Assembly (NCBI GenBank): GCA_017501245.1
Contig: JAFVXI010000013.1
Location: 145,889-209,888 of the forward strand
Origin: Clostridia bacterium
Lineage (GTDB): Bacteria > Bacillota > Clostridia > Oscillospirales > CAG-272
DNA length: 64,000 bases
Direction: 5' to 3'
This document shows, in pieces, positions 46,845 through 57,819 of this stretch. The position numbers and the translations under genes were made by a program. The notes under the pieces were generated by a model. That model was not told the origin of the DNA, did no database searches, and saw only the letters and a program-made list of their open reading frames with translations. Each line of letters begins with the position of its first letter. Position 1 is the stretch's first letter.

Positions 46845-47348
46845 ATGAAGAGTAACACCAAAAGGCTTACCGTCCTTGCACTTTGCACGGCGGCGGCGCT
46901 GATCCTATCCTTTATCGAGTCGCAGATCCCGCCTCTTATCCCCATCCCGGGCATTAAGCTGGGACTTGCAAACCTCGCAACGGTTTTCGTTCTATACAGG
47001 CTTGGAGCAAAAGAGGCTTTCACCGTTTCGGCGCTCAGAGTCATCCTCTCCTCACTGCTCTTCGGCAGCCTCTCGTCCTTCTTCTATGCGATAGCGGGAG
47101 CTATGCTCAGCCTATCTGTGATGCTGATCTTAAAGCATCTGCGCATCTTCTCCAAAGCGGTGGTAAGTGTAGCGGGAGGCGTAGCTCACAATATCGCTCA
47201 GATAGGCGTTTCAATGCTTATATTGCAAACAGATGTTGTCATTTATTACCTTCCCGCACTCCTTTTGTCGGGAATAATCACCGGAGCCGTTATCGGCGTT
47301 GCATCGGCGTTTCTGCTTAACAAGCTCGGAGAGGAGCTGATAAAATAG
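46845..47348 (+). CDS. Gx transporter family protein (heptaprenyl diphosphate synthase component I-like)
   Basis: LSFIESQIPPLIPIPGIKLGLANL signature. 5 TM segments. AGGAGG RBS. Confidence 0.75.
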   Translation: MKSNTKRLTVLALCTAAALILSFIESQIPPLIPIPGIKLGLANLATVFVLYRLGAKEAFTVSALRVILSSLLFGSLSSFFYAIAGAMLSLSVMLILKHLRIFSKAVVSVAGGVAHNIAQIGVSMLILQTDVVIYYLPALLLSGIITGAVIGVASAFLLNKLGEELIK

Positions 47349-47503
47349 CAAGCGAAGTGTGCGCATAAAAGGCAAAGGTGCACCCGCACAAGTGCAGCCG
47401 TTCGGCCGGATAGGCAGATACATACGAGGACGTCGCACCACACCGCCGGAAGCCGGCTACACAGAAGCCGTCTTTCGTAAAACCAATAAAAGGTTTCCAA
47501 TAT

Positions 47504-47551
47504 AAAAAAGCAGATCGCTATCCCCACGTCAGCGTGGAGAGCTCGACCTGC
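47504..47551 (-). terminator. rho-independent terminator after the SpoVM-like ORF (and the dnaK operon)
   Basis: In minus-strand RNA: GCAGGUCG ... CGAUCUGC (one G-U pair) with an inner CCACG-CUGA-CGUGG hairpin, followed by UUUUUU. Confidence 0.65.
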
Positions 47552-47560
47552 TTTTTCTTA

Positions 47561-47644
47561 TTATTTCTTTGCCACCTCGATGCCGAACAGCTTTGATAAA
47601 AGCCGACGAAGGAATTTTGGTGACCTTACGACCACGATGCGCAT
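47561..47644 (-). CDS. spoVM: SpoVM-like small sporulation peptide (27 aa, MRIVVVRSPKFLRRLLSKLFGIEVAKK)
   Basis: Not in the ORF track. GAGGAG RBS 7 nt before ATG, a tandem stop TAATAA, and a terminator immediately downstream. A gap-free alignment with B. subtilis SpoVM (MKFYTIKLPKFLGGIVRAMLGSFRKD, recalled from memory) matches M1, a basic residue at positions 2 and 7, P9-K10-F11-L12 and G21. Confidence 0.65.
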   Translation of the reverse strand: MRIVVVRSPKFLRRLLSKLFGIEVAKK

Positions 47645-47730
47645 GCCACGGCTCCTCGTATATATGTTTCAGGCGATATGCCCATTTTCATTATATGAAG
47701 ACGGGAGCCCTCCTGCTACACCGAGGAGAA

Positions 47731-48888
47731 TTATTTACCGAAGATCTTACGGAAGAAGCCCTTACGCTCTCCCTTACCCTCGCCGCGCGACTCGGCAAAC
47801 TGCTCGAGCAGCTTTTTTTGCTCGGCATTAAGCTTGGTGGGAGTTTCAACGACGACGGTGAAGATGAGATCGCCCTTCGAGCGCCTTCTGACGGTATTAA
47901 GGTCGGTAACGCCCTCACCCTTTACGGTAAACCTCGTTCCCGTCTGCGTTCCCTCGGGGATGGAGAACTTCGTGGTTCTGCCGCCAAGCAGGGGAATGTC
48001 TATCTCGGCTCCGAGAGCTGCCTCTGCAAAGGTGAGCGACACCTCAAGATAGAGGTTGTTGCCATCTCTTACGAATATATCGTGGGGACGAACGAGAACC
48101 TCAATGATAAGGTCGCCGTTATCTCCTCCGTTTCTGCCCGCCGATCCCTGTCCGCGCAGAATGACTCTCTGTCCGTTATCTATTCCTGCGGGGATGTTGA
48201 CCTCAAGCTTCTTCTTGACCTTTATCCTGCCCTTGCCGTTACAGTTGGAGCAGGGATTTTTGACGATCTTTCCGGTTCCTCGGCAGTTAGCGCAGGGCCT
48301 CTGCGACTGAGAATAGCCGAACATCGTCTGCTGCTGCACGGTGGTAAAGCCTCTGCCCTTACACTGGGGGCATGACTCGGGCTTTGAGCCCTTTGCGGCA
48401 CCGCTTCCCGAGCAGTCGGGGCAGCTTTCGATCCTTGCGTAGCTGACCTCCTTCTTGCAGCCCTCGGCCGCCTCCTCGAAGGTTATCGTTACGCTTGACA
48501 AAAGATCCTCGCCGTCCTCGGGCATATTGGCTCTATGAGATGAGCCTCTTGAGCCGCCGCCAAAGATGGATGAGAATATATCGCCAAAATCAAACGAGCC
48601 CTCAAAGCCACCGAAGCCTCCAAAGCCACCGAAGCCGCTTCCGCCGCCACCCGATGCGGGATCAAACGCGGCGTGACCGTATTTGTCGTACTTGGATCTC
48701 TTGTCCTCGTCCGACAATACCTCGTAAGCCTCGTTTGCCTCCTTGAACTTCTCCTCGCACTCGGCATCCCCGGGATGCATATCGGGGTGATACATCTTCG
48801 CGAGCTTTCTATAAGCCTTTTTTATCTCGTCGGCGCTTGCGTCCTTGCTGACGCCAAGCACCTCGTAGTAATCTCTTTTTTCTGCCAT
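47731..48888 (-). CDS. dnaJ: molecular chaperone DnaJ
   Basis: J domain ([14 protein letters not shown]), a G/F region and four CxxCxGxG zinc motifs. Confidence 0.95.
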   Translation of the reverse strand: MAEKRDYYEVLGVSKDASADEIKKAYRKLAKMYHPDMHPGDAECEEKFKEANEAYEVLSDEDKRSKYDKYGHAAFDPASGGGGSGFGGFGGFGGFEGSFDFGDIFSSIFGGGSRGSSHRANMPEDGEDLLSSVTITFEEAAEGCKKEVSYARIESCPDCSGSGAAKGSKPESCPQCKGRGFTTVQQQTMFGYSQSQRPCANCRGTGKIVKNPCSNCNGKGRIKVKKKLEVNIPAGIDNGQRVILRGQGSAGRNGGDNGDLIIEVLVRPHDIFVRDGNNLYLEVSLTFAEAALGAEIDIPLLGGRTTKFSIPEGTQTGTRFTVKGEGVTDLNTVRRRSKGDLIFTVVVETPTKLNAEQKKLLEQFAESRGEGKGERKGFFRKIFGK

Positions 48889-49035
48889 TTTTTCCTCATA
48901 ATGTTGCTTGAATTATTGGCCGATCCGACCGTTTACACCTAAATATGCAACCTTTAGTTGTCATATCTTGTTTTTATTCAAGCTTATAACAGTTGTTCGA
49001 GCGCCCACGTGGGGCGCTCGAGCTATGATTTATTA

Positions 49036-50898
<1,863 letters not shown>

Positions 50899-50904
50899 CT
50901 AATA

Positions 50905-51429
50905 TTAATTGACCGTCTTTACCATAGCAAAGCGGATAACATGCTTTCCCTTTTTGTATCCCTTCTGGAATACCTCAGTGATCTCGCCCTCGCGCTCGGA
51001 GTCATCCTCCTCGTGCATAACGGCGTTATGGAGATTGGGGTCAAACTTGTCTCCCACCTCTCCGTAGACCTCGACGCCGAGCTTAGAAAGTGCGGCACCT
51101 ACCGATGCGCCGATCATCTTAAGACCCTCAAGGACCTTTGCTCCGTCCTCAAACCTTTCCGCTCTCTCAAGATTATCTATAATAGGAAGGATCTGTGCAA
51201 CGGCGTCGCCGACAGCCTGGGCGTAAACGCCCTCTCTCTCCTCACGGGAGCGGCGGCGGAAGTTGTCGTATTCAGCGGCAAGCCTGAGATATTTATCCTC
51301 GCCCTCAGCCAGCTTTGCTTCAAGCGCCGCAAGCCTCTCCTCAAGCTCCCTTACATCCTTCTTTTTCTTCTTAGGCGCAGCCTTAGGCTCCTCAGCCTCG
51401 ACCGCTTCATTCTTTATTTCTTCGCTCAT
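50905..51429 (-). CDS. grpE: nucleotide exchange factor GrpE
   Basis: Coiled-coil N-terminus, RLAAEYDNFRRR motif and FDPNLHNAV. Confidence 0.9.
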   Translation of the reverse strand: MSEEIKNEAVEAEEPKAAPKKKKKDVRELEERLAALEAKLAEGEDKYLRLAAEYDNFRRRSREEREGVYAQAVGDAVAQILPIIDNLERAERFEDGAKVLEGLKMIGASVGAALSKLGVEVYGEVGDKFDPNLHNAVMHEEDDSEREGEITEVFQKGYKKGKHVIRFAMVKTVN

Positions 51430-51467
51430 TTCTTACCTCTTAAAGCTCATAATGCTAACAAATGTTT

Positions 51468-52553
51468 TCATATTTCGTCATCGTAGCTGTTTAACAAGCG
51501 CGGATGCGAGGATCTTCTTTCCTCTTCGCCGATGCGCTCTATGCCCGAAGCAAGCTTTGATATCATATCGATAACGTGCTGATAATTCATCCTCTTCGGT
51601 CCGATGACTCCGATGGCGACCTGGCTGCCGCCTATGTTGATGCTCTTGTATATCATCGTCGTCCCCTGCATGACGTCGCTGTCATTTTCGGTTCCGATGT
51701 ATACGTGGATGCCGTCGTCTCTTTCAGCGTGAGACTCGATGACCTCCATCAGCTTATTCTTTTCCTCAAGTACACCGAGCAGGCTGCGCAGCTTCGTTAC
51801 GTCCGAATACTCGGGATACTTAAGCAGCTTTGCGATGCCGTCCAGCTTGACGTCGGCAGAATCAAGCTCTGCCATAGCCTCGTAGATGACCTTGATGGTG
51901 GGATGCACCATCTCGCCCGACGAGCCCATGATGGCCTCGAGCTTTACGATTATCGGCATTGCTATCTCATCGCCCGTGAGGTTTACGAGATAGATGTTCA
52001 AAGCCTCCGTAAAGCGGCGGAGCGTATCCTCGTCTATCGGGAAGGAGAGATGTATCTTCTTCGACTTAACGACGTCCTTTGCAAAGGTCATAACGAGCAG
52101 GAAGTCGAACTCGGAGAGAAGAATGCTGTTGAAGCGCAGCACCCTGACCTTTCCCGCACCCGACTTAAAGGCGATACCGGTGTAGTCGGTGAACGATGCG
52201 GCAAGTCTCGACGCCTCCGAGAGTATCTCGTCCATCTCCGTCAGCTTGTATCTCAGCCTGTCGTTTATCTCGTCTATCTCTGACTTCGTCTCGGAATACT
52301 GCTTGATGAGAGCGTCGACGTAAAGCCTGTAGCCAAGCTCGGAGGGTACTCTGCCCGCCGAGGTGTGCGGCTGGATCAGATATCCCATCTCCTCAAGCTC
52401 CGCCATCTCGTTTCTTATCGTGGCGGGTGAGGCGGATATCGCTGCTGCCTGAGAGAGATATTTTGAGCCGACGGGCTCTCCGTGGTCTATATGCGCATCA
52501 ACGATCGCCTTGAGTATCTGCACCTTTCTCGGTGTCAGCTTCTTTTCGCTCAC
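51468..52553 (-). CDS. hrcA: heat-inducible transcription repressor HrcA
   Basis: GTG start with GGGAGGA RBS. wHTH N-terminus (LTPRKVQILKAIVDAHIDHGEPVGSKYL). Confidence 0.9.
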   Translation of the reverse strand: MSEKKLTPRKVQILKAIVDAHIDHGEPVGSKYLSQAAAISASPATIRNEMAELEEMGYLIQPHTSAGRVPSELGYRLYVDALIKQYSETKSEIDEINDRLRYKLTEMDEILSEASRLAASFTDYTGIAFKSGAGKVRVLRFNSILLSEFDFLLVMTFAKDVVKSKKIHLSFPIDEDTLRRFTEALNIYLVNLTGDEIAMPIIVKLEAIMGSSGEMVHPTIKVIYEAMAELDSADVKLDGIAKLLKYPEYSDVTKLRSLLGVLEEKNKLMEVIESHAERDDGIHVYIGTENDSDVMQGTTMIYKSINIGGSQVAIGVIGPKRMNYQHVIDMISKLASGIERIGEEERRSSHPRLLNSYDDEI

Positions 52554-52598
52554 TTTTATCCTCCCTTCGGGCTATCCTTGCCGGTTTTTTGATGATTT

Positions 52599-52625
52599 TT
52601 AGCACTCTATGGGTGAGTCTGCTAA
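52599..52625. promoter_or_regulatory. CIRCE operator (HrcA binding site)
   Basis: TTAGCACTC-N9-GTCTGCTAA, compared with the consensus TTAGCACTC-N9-GAGTGCTAA. It lies 14 nt downstream of the hrcA -10 element. Confidence 0.8.
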
Positions 52626-52638
52626 CATCAACACCATT

Positions 52639-52667
52639 AATATATATCATTTTTCGCTTTTCGTCAA
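52639..52667 (-). promoter_or_regulatory. sigma-A type promoter of the hrcA-grpE-dnaK-dnaJ operon
   Basis: On the minus strand: TTGACG, 17-nt spacer, TATATT. Confidence 0.55.
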
Positions 52668-52706
52668 TACTTAATCGGTAAAAATGTGTGAACTTTTTGT
52701 TAACAT

Positions 52707-52733
52707 TTAGCGCAGGCTTCATTAAAGTGCTAA
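52707..52733. promoter_or_regulatory. second, degenerate CIRCE-like inverted repeat
   Basis: TTAGCGCAG-N9-AAGTGCTAA, located upstream of the hrcA -35 element. Confidence 0.4.
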
Positions 52734-52813
52734 ATTTGCTATCCTTCTATCTATTTCGATATGGTCATTTTTCATATAGATAAGCTAAGAGGTATGTATT
52801 TTTGATAAAATCG

Positions 52814-52842
52814 TTGACTATATTTATTATTTATGGTAAAAT
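52814..52842 (+). promoter_or_regulatory. sigma-A type promoter of alaS
   Basis: TTGACT, 17-nt spacer ending in TGG, TAAAAT. Confidence 0.55.
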
Positions 52843-52914
52843 ATCTAGTGCTGAATTGATATACAGTACAAAATATTTAGTTTATTATTTGTGTATATAC
52901 ATGGAGGTTTCACT

Positions 52915-55527
52915 ATGAAGTGGACATCGCTTAACGAGCTTCGCGAGAAGTTCTTATCCTTCTTTGAGTCTAAGGGTCATCTGAGAATGAACAGCTTTTC
53001 TCTCGTTCCGAGAGGGGATAAGTCGCTCCTTCTCATCAACTCCGGCATGGCTCCCTTAAAGAAGTATTTTACGGGTGAGGAGACCCCTCCGAGAAACAGA
53101 GTCTGCACCTGTCAGAAGTGTATCAGAACGCCCGACCTCGAGAGAGTCGGCCACACGGCAAGACACGGCACCTACTTTGAGATGCTCGGAAACTTCTCCT
53201 TTGGAGATTATTTCAAAAACGAGGCAATCCCCTACGCCTGGGAGTTCCTTACCGAGACGCTTGAGATCCCCGCAGATCTTCTCTGGCCCTCCGTCTACGA
53301 GGAGGACGACGAGGCTTACGCCATCTGGAGAGATAAGATCGGCGTTCCCGAGGCTCATATCGTCAAGCTCGGCAAGGCTGACAACTTCTGGGAGCACGGC
53401 TCCGGCCCCTGCGGCCCCTGCTCGGAGATATACTTTGACCGTGGCTTGAAGTACGGCTGCGGCTCCCCCGACTGTAAGCCCGGCTGCGACTGCGACAGGT
53501 TTATGGAGATCTGGAACAACGTATTCTCCCAGTTTAATAACGACGGAAACGGAAATTACACCGAGCTGGTCCAGAAGAATATTGACACCGGTATGGGTCT
53601 TGAGCGCCTTGCCTGCATTATGCAGGGAGTGGACAACCTCTTTGAGGTCGACACCGTAAGAAAGATACTTGACACTGCCTGCGCCATCGCAGGAAAGACC
53701 TACGGTGAAAACGCTAAGAACGATATCTCCATCCGTGTTATCACCGACCATACGAGAAGCGCTACCTTTATGATCTCGGACGGCGTTATCCCCTCCAACG
53801 AGGGCAGAGGCTACGTCCTTCGTAGAATAATCCGCCGTGCCTCGAGACACGCAAAGCTGCTTGGCATCGAGGGCAGCTTCCTCGGCAAGCTCGTTGAGGT
53901 CTGCATCGGAGAGAACGAGGGCGCATATCCCGAGGTAAAGGAGAAGAGAGATTACATCCTTAAGGTAGTAAATCTCGAGGAGTCTCGCTTCAATGCGACC
54001 ATCGACGCAGGCCTCGGCATCCTTGAGGGCGTTATCTCCGAGTCGCTCGCTAAGGGTGAGAAGCTCATCGCAGGCGACGACGCCTTTAAGCTTTACGACA
54101 CCTTCGGCTTCCCGATCGACCTCACGAGAGAGATCGCAGAGGAGCGTGGGCTTGAGATCGACAACGAGCGCTTCCTCGAGCTTATGAACGAGCAGAAGCA
54201 GCGCGCAAGAGCCGCAAGAGGAAACATCTCCGGATGGGCAGACAGCTCCTCCGACGTCCTCTCGGGCATCGAGGCGACGGAGTTCGTCGGCTATACCGAG
54301 GACAAGGTAGAGGCAAAGCTCCTTGCCATCATCGTTGACGGCGAGAGAGTTCCCGCAGTTTCCGAGGGCGACTGCTCCCTCATCTTTGATAAGACCGTAT
54401 TCTACGGCGAGGGCGGCGGCCAGGTTGGCGACAGTGGAGTTATCTGCGGCAAGGCAGACATCACCGTTTCCGACACAAAGAAGCTTAACGGCATCTACGT
54501 TCACGAGGCTACCGTCGAGGGCGGCGAGGCACGTGTAGGCGAGGTCTATACGCTTTCCATCGACACCGAGCGCCGTAAGGCTATAAAGCGTAACCACTCC
54601 TCCGCTCATCTTCTCCAGGCAGCCCTCAGAGAGGTGCTTGGCACTCACGTTGAGCAGGCAGGCTCCTACGTTGACGAGTCGAGAGTTCGCTTCGACTTCA
54701 CTCATCTTGCCGCTATGACGGCAGAGGAGGTAGCAAGAGTCGAGGCTATCGTAAATGAAAACATCCTTAAGGCAGAGGCGGCAACCACCACCGTTTGCGA
54801 CATTGAGACCGCAAGAGGAATGGGAGCTATGGCTCTGTTCGGAGAGAAGTACGGCGACGTTGTCAGAGTCGTTAAGATCGGCTCCTCCTCTACCGAGCTT
54901 TGCGGAGGCACGCACGTTTCGTCCACGGGTGAGATCGGTCTTTTCAAGATCATCTCCGAGTCGAGCGTTGCGGCAGGCGTAAGAAGAATAGAGGGCACCA
55001 CCGGTCTCGGCGTTCTCAAGCTCCTCTCCGAGCGTGAGAGCCTTATCGGCGAGTGCGCTAAGGAGCTGAAATCCCCCAACGCTATGGCTATCTCCAAAAA
55101 GGCGGCAAGCGTAGTTGCCGAGAACAAGGAGCTCCGCCGTGAGATCGAGAGCCTTGGCGCTCGCATCAGCGAGATGCAGGCAGAAAAGCTGCTTGAGTCG
55201 ATCGAGACGGTTGGCTCGTTCAAGCTTCTGACGGCTAAGCTTGAGATGCGTCCCGATGCGGCACGCACTCTGACCGACACCTTCAAGTCCAAGCATCCCG
55301 ATGGCGTCATCGTGCTTGCGGCAACCTCGGGCGATAAGTTCAATTTCGTTGCGGCAGCAGGCGCAGATGCAGTAAAGGCAGGCGCACACGCAGGAAAGAT
55401 CATCTCCGAGATCTCCGCTATCTGCGGCGGTAAGGGCGGCGGACGTCCCGACAGCGCAATGAGCGGCGGTAAGGATGCATCCAAGATCCCCGAGGCTCTC
55501 GCAAGAGTCAAGGAGATCCTTGCATAA
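52915..55527 (+). CDS. alaS: alanine--tRNA ligase
   Basis: MKWTSLNELREKFLSFFESKGH N-terminus, class II aaRS motifs, the editing-domain HSSAHLL motif and a C-terminal DHHA1 domain. GGAGG RBS. Confidence 0.97.
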   Translation: MKWTSLNELREKFLSFFESKGHLRMNSFSLVPRGDKSLLLINSGMAPLKKYFTGEETPPRNRVCTCQKCIRTPDLERVGHTARHGTYFEMLGNFSFGDYFKNEAIPYAWEFLTETLEIPADLLWPSVYEEDDEAYAIWRDKIGVPEAHIVKLGKADNFWEHGSGPCGPCSEIYFDRGLKYGCGSPDCKPGCDCDRFMEIWNNVFSQFNNDGNGNYTELVQKNIDTGMGLERLACIMQGVDNLFEVDTVRKILDTACAIAGKTYGENAKNDISIRVITDHTRSATFMISDGVIPSNEGRGYVLRRIIRRASRHAKLLGIEGSFLGKLVEVCIGENEGAYPEVKEKRDYILKVVNLEESRFNATIDAGLGILEGVISESLAKGEKLIAGDDAFKLYDTFGFPIDLTREIAEERGLEIDNERFLELMNEQKQRARAARGNISGWADSSSDVLSGIEATEFVGYTEDKVEAKLLAIIVDGERVPAVSEGDCSLIFDKTVFYGEGGGQVGDSGVICGKADITVSDTKKLNGIYVHEATVEGGEARVGEVYTLSIDTERRKAIKRNHSSAHLLQAALREVLGTHVEQAGSYVDESRVRFDFTHLAAMTAEEVARVEAIVNENILKAEAATTTVCDIETARGMGAMALFGEKYGDVVRVVKIGSSSTELCGGTHVSSTGEIGLFKIISESSVAAGVRRIEGTTGLGVLKLLSERESLIGECAKELKSPNAMAISKKAASVVAENKELRREIESLGARISEMQAEKLLESIETVGSFKLLTAKLEMRPDAARTLTDTFKSKHPDGVIVLAATSGDKFNFVAAAGADAVKAGAHAGKIISEISAICGGKGGGRPDSAMSGGKDASKIPEALARVKEILA

Positions 55528-55586
55528 AATCATTCTAAAGAACAAAATAATCAAATTATTATAATAATAGTTTGCATATCAACAAC

Positions 55587-55621
55587 AAAAACGGTTGCAG
55601 AAGCTTCTGCAACCGTTTTTT
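55587..55621. terminator. bidirectional terminator
   Basis: AAAAACGGTTGCAGAAGCTTCTGCAACCGTTTTTT, a perfect palindromic stem. Confidence 0.8.
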
Positions 55622-55659
55622 AATCTCATTAATTATAACGAATAAATGTGTTTTAAGTT

Positions 55660-56052
55660 TTAGAACGACAACCCGTCAAGCACTCCGGTGAGGTCGACAA
55701 CCATAGAGAAGATGCCAAACACAAGACCGAAAATTCCGAAGATAAGACCAAAAAGCCCCATACGGTCAAAGTAACCGAGCTTGCGTGATGAAACCACGGC
55801 AAGGGCTATCGCCGCAACTGCCGAAATAATGCCTCCTATATAGAAAAAGGAAAACATCACGACGGATAATACGGCAAAAACCAGCGAAAGGAGAGACCAG
55901 ACGAGATTGCCCTCCTCGGGCACGATCTGATAATATTTTTCCTCCTCACAGCTTGCAAGATCCTTGTCAAACGCCTCGTCGGCAAGCGCCGTCTCCTCGG
56001 CTATGCGAGCCTCTTCCTCGGGCGAGGTGCCATTCAAGCGCCCGTTATCCAT
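55660..56052 (-). CDS. hypothetical membrane protein (acidic N-terminus, Gly-rich TM helices; DUF4190-like)
   Basis: AGGAGG RBS before MDNGRL. TM segments WSLLSLVFAVLSVV, IGGIISAVAAIALAVV and GLFGLIFGIFGLVFGIF. Confidence 0.5.
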   Translation of the reverse strand: MDNGRLNGTSPEEEARIAEETALADEAFDKDLASCEEEKYYQIVPEEGNLVWSLLSLVFAVLSVVMFSFFYIGGIISAVAAIALAVVSSRKLGYFDRMGLFGLIFGIFGLVFGIFSMVVDLTGVLDGLSF

Positions 56053-56210
56053 AGAGTTGCCCTCCTTTCTTCTTTCTTTAATAATTTTATCATAAGCATA
56101 TAGAAAAATCAACACGGAGCGACAAATTTAGTCTTTTTTTAGTTTTTCCGTATCGGCGCCCACCTTTTCGAGCAAGATAGAGATGAAATAAACCTCTTTT
56201 CGGAGTTAAT

Positions 56211-56663
56211 ATGGATATCTACACCAAGCAGGGTAAAAAAAGGATAATAAGCGAGCATAGCCCGCATTCAAGGCTGGGGCTTAATATGCTGAAGGCGTTT
56301 CTTTTCGGCGGAGGGATCTGTGCCTTTGGTGAGGGGCTGAGAGGCCTGTTTCTCTCCCTAGGCATTAAGAGTGACACCTCGACGCTTCTCGTGTCTATGA
56401 TAATCATCGTCGTCGCCGCAACGGTCACCTTCCTCGGAGTTTTCGACAATATTGCAAGGCACGCAGGAGCGGGCACGCTCGTTCCTATAAGCGGCTTTTC
56501 AAACGCCGTTACAAGCCAGGCGATAGACGCACGCAGCGAGGGCTACGTTCTCGGCGTCGGGGCAAAGATCTTTACAATATGCGGTCCCGTCATACTTTAC
56601 GGCCTTGCGTCAGGCGTGATATACGGGATAATTTATTATCTCACCGGGCTTTTCGGCTGGTAG
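56211..56663 (+). CDS. spoVAC: stage V sporulation protein AC
   Basis: KAFLFGGGICAFGEG ... GAGTLVPISGFSNAV ... GVGAKIF, typical of SpoVAC. Confidence 0.85.
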   Translation: MDIYTKQGKKRIISEHSPHSRLGLNMLKAFLFGGGICAFGEGLRGLFLSLGIKSDTSTLLVSMIIIVVAATVTFLGVFDNIARHAGAGTLVPISGFSNAVTSQAIDARSEGYVLGVGAKIFTICGPVILYGLASGVIYGIIYYLTGLFGW

Positions 56664-56764
56664 TTTTATTCATCGTTCTATTAATTTAACGCCGTATTAT
56701 TATATACGTTTTCGACTCATTACACACCAAAATAATAACTATTATTTACTTTTTGTGAGGAAAT

Positions 56765-57817
56765 ATGAGAAAAATTACAGTCCTTCCCTCGCCGATAGCG
56801 ATAGTGTCCTCTTCAGCCGTGGGAGGCAAGGAGGAGGGTGAGGGTCCTCTTGGCGGAGGCTTTGACCTGATCGATCCCTCCGACTCCTTCGGGCAAAGCA
56901 CATGGGAGTTATCCGAGGCGGAGATGGGCAGAGTCGCCTTGAATATAGCACTCAGAAAGTGCGAATGCTCGCACGAGGACGTCGACGTGATAGTGGCGGG
57001 AGATCTTCAAAATCAGTGCGTCGCAAGTGCGCTGGCTCTCGACTCCTTCGGCATCCCTCTTATCGGAGTTTACGGTGCTTGCTCCACCTGTACTGAGTCA
57101 ATATTGCTAGCATCGGCTCTGCTTTCTATGGGCTCAAATCAAACAGCCGCCGCACTCACCACCTCGCATAACCTGGCAGCAGAGAGGCAGTTCCGCGCGC
57201 CGACCGAATACGGAGGACAGAGGCCGCCCTCGGCACAGTGGACGGCAACGGCGGCAGGTGCCTTCATCCTGTCAAAGGCCGATAAGCTCGTCACAAATGG
57301 CAATAAGTCCTATCCATACGTTCCAGCCGTAAAGGACTTTATGATCGGCAGACTGATCGACGGCGCCATCAAGGACGGAGCAAACATGGGCGCTGCAATG
57401 TCCTTTGCCGCAGTTGACAGCATCCTCGCCTATTTTGAAGCATCGGAATATTCTCCCAAGGACTTCGACCTTATCGTAACCGGGGATCTGGGGTCGGTAG
57501 GCTCGTCGATACTGAAGGACGTCCTATTCGAAAAGCTTCCTCTCGCCGTCCCCAAGCTGACAGACTGCGGTCTAGTCCTCTACGATATGAAGAGAAAGGA
57601 CGTTCATTCCGGAGCGTCGGGCTGCGGCACGTCAGCGTCCGTGCTTGCCTCGCATATTCTACCCATGATGCGTAAGGGCGAATTATCCGACGTGCTGTTC
57701 TTATCGACGGGAGCGCTTATGTCACAGTCCTCTCTCCTGCAGGGAAACAGCATCAGAGGCATCGCCCCGGCAATACACCTCAGCGCAATAAAAAACGATA
57801 ATTACGAGGTCAAATAA
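56765..57817 (+). CDS. spoVAD: stage V sporulation protein AD (thiolase-like fold)
   Basis: AVGGKEEGEGPLGGGFD and GACSTCTES motifs. 350 aa. Confidence 0.85.
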   Translation: MRKITVLPSPIAIVSSSAVGGKEEGEGPLGGGFDLIDPSDSFGQSTWELSEAEMGRVALNIALRKCECSHEDVDVIVAGDLQNQCVASALALDSFGIPLIGVYGACSTCTESILLASALLSMGSNQTAAALTTSHNLAAERQFRAPTEYGGQRPPSAQWTATAAGAFILSKADKLVTNGNKSYPYVPAVKDFMIGRLIDGAIKDGANMGAAMSFAAVDSILAYFEASEYSPKDFDLIVTGDLGSVGSSILKDVLFEKLPLAVPKLTDCGLVLYDMKRKDVHSGASGCGTSASVLASHILPMMRKGELSDVLFLSTGALMSQSSLLQGNSIRGIAPAIHLSAIKNDNYEVK

Positions 57818-57819
57818 AA

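Noticed and set aside
52740-52914. A possible T-box leader upstream of alaS.
   Set aside because: The distance from the predicted -10 element to the ATG is only about 70 nt, and the region is AT-rich with no stem-I, specifier or T-box motifs.
53056-55554. 832-aa ORF antisense to alaS.
   Set aside because: It is codon-aligned with alaS, so it is open only because alaS lacks TTA, CTA and TCA codons. The sequence is low-complexity and Ala/Gly/Leu/Val-rich, with no RBS and no recognisable domain. The alaS assignment on the plus strand is unambiguous.
56140-56180. A sigma-G/F-like promoter (GTATC-N18-CAAGATA) upstream of spoVAC.
   Set aside because: The match to forespore sigma consensus sequences is partial, and I cannot verify it without TSS data. 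I have not annotated it as a feature.
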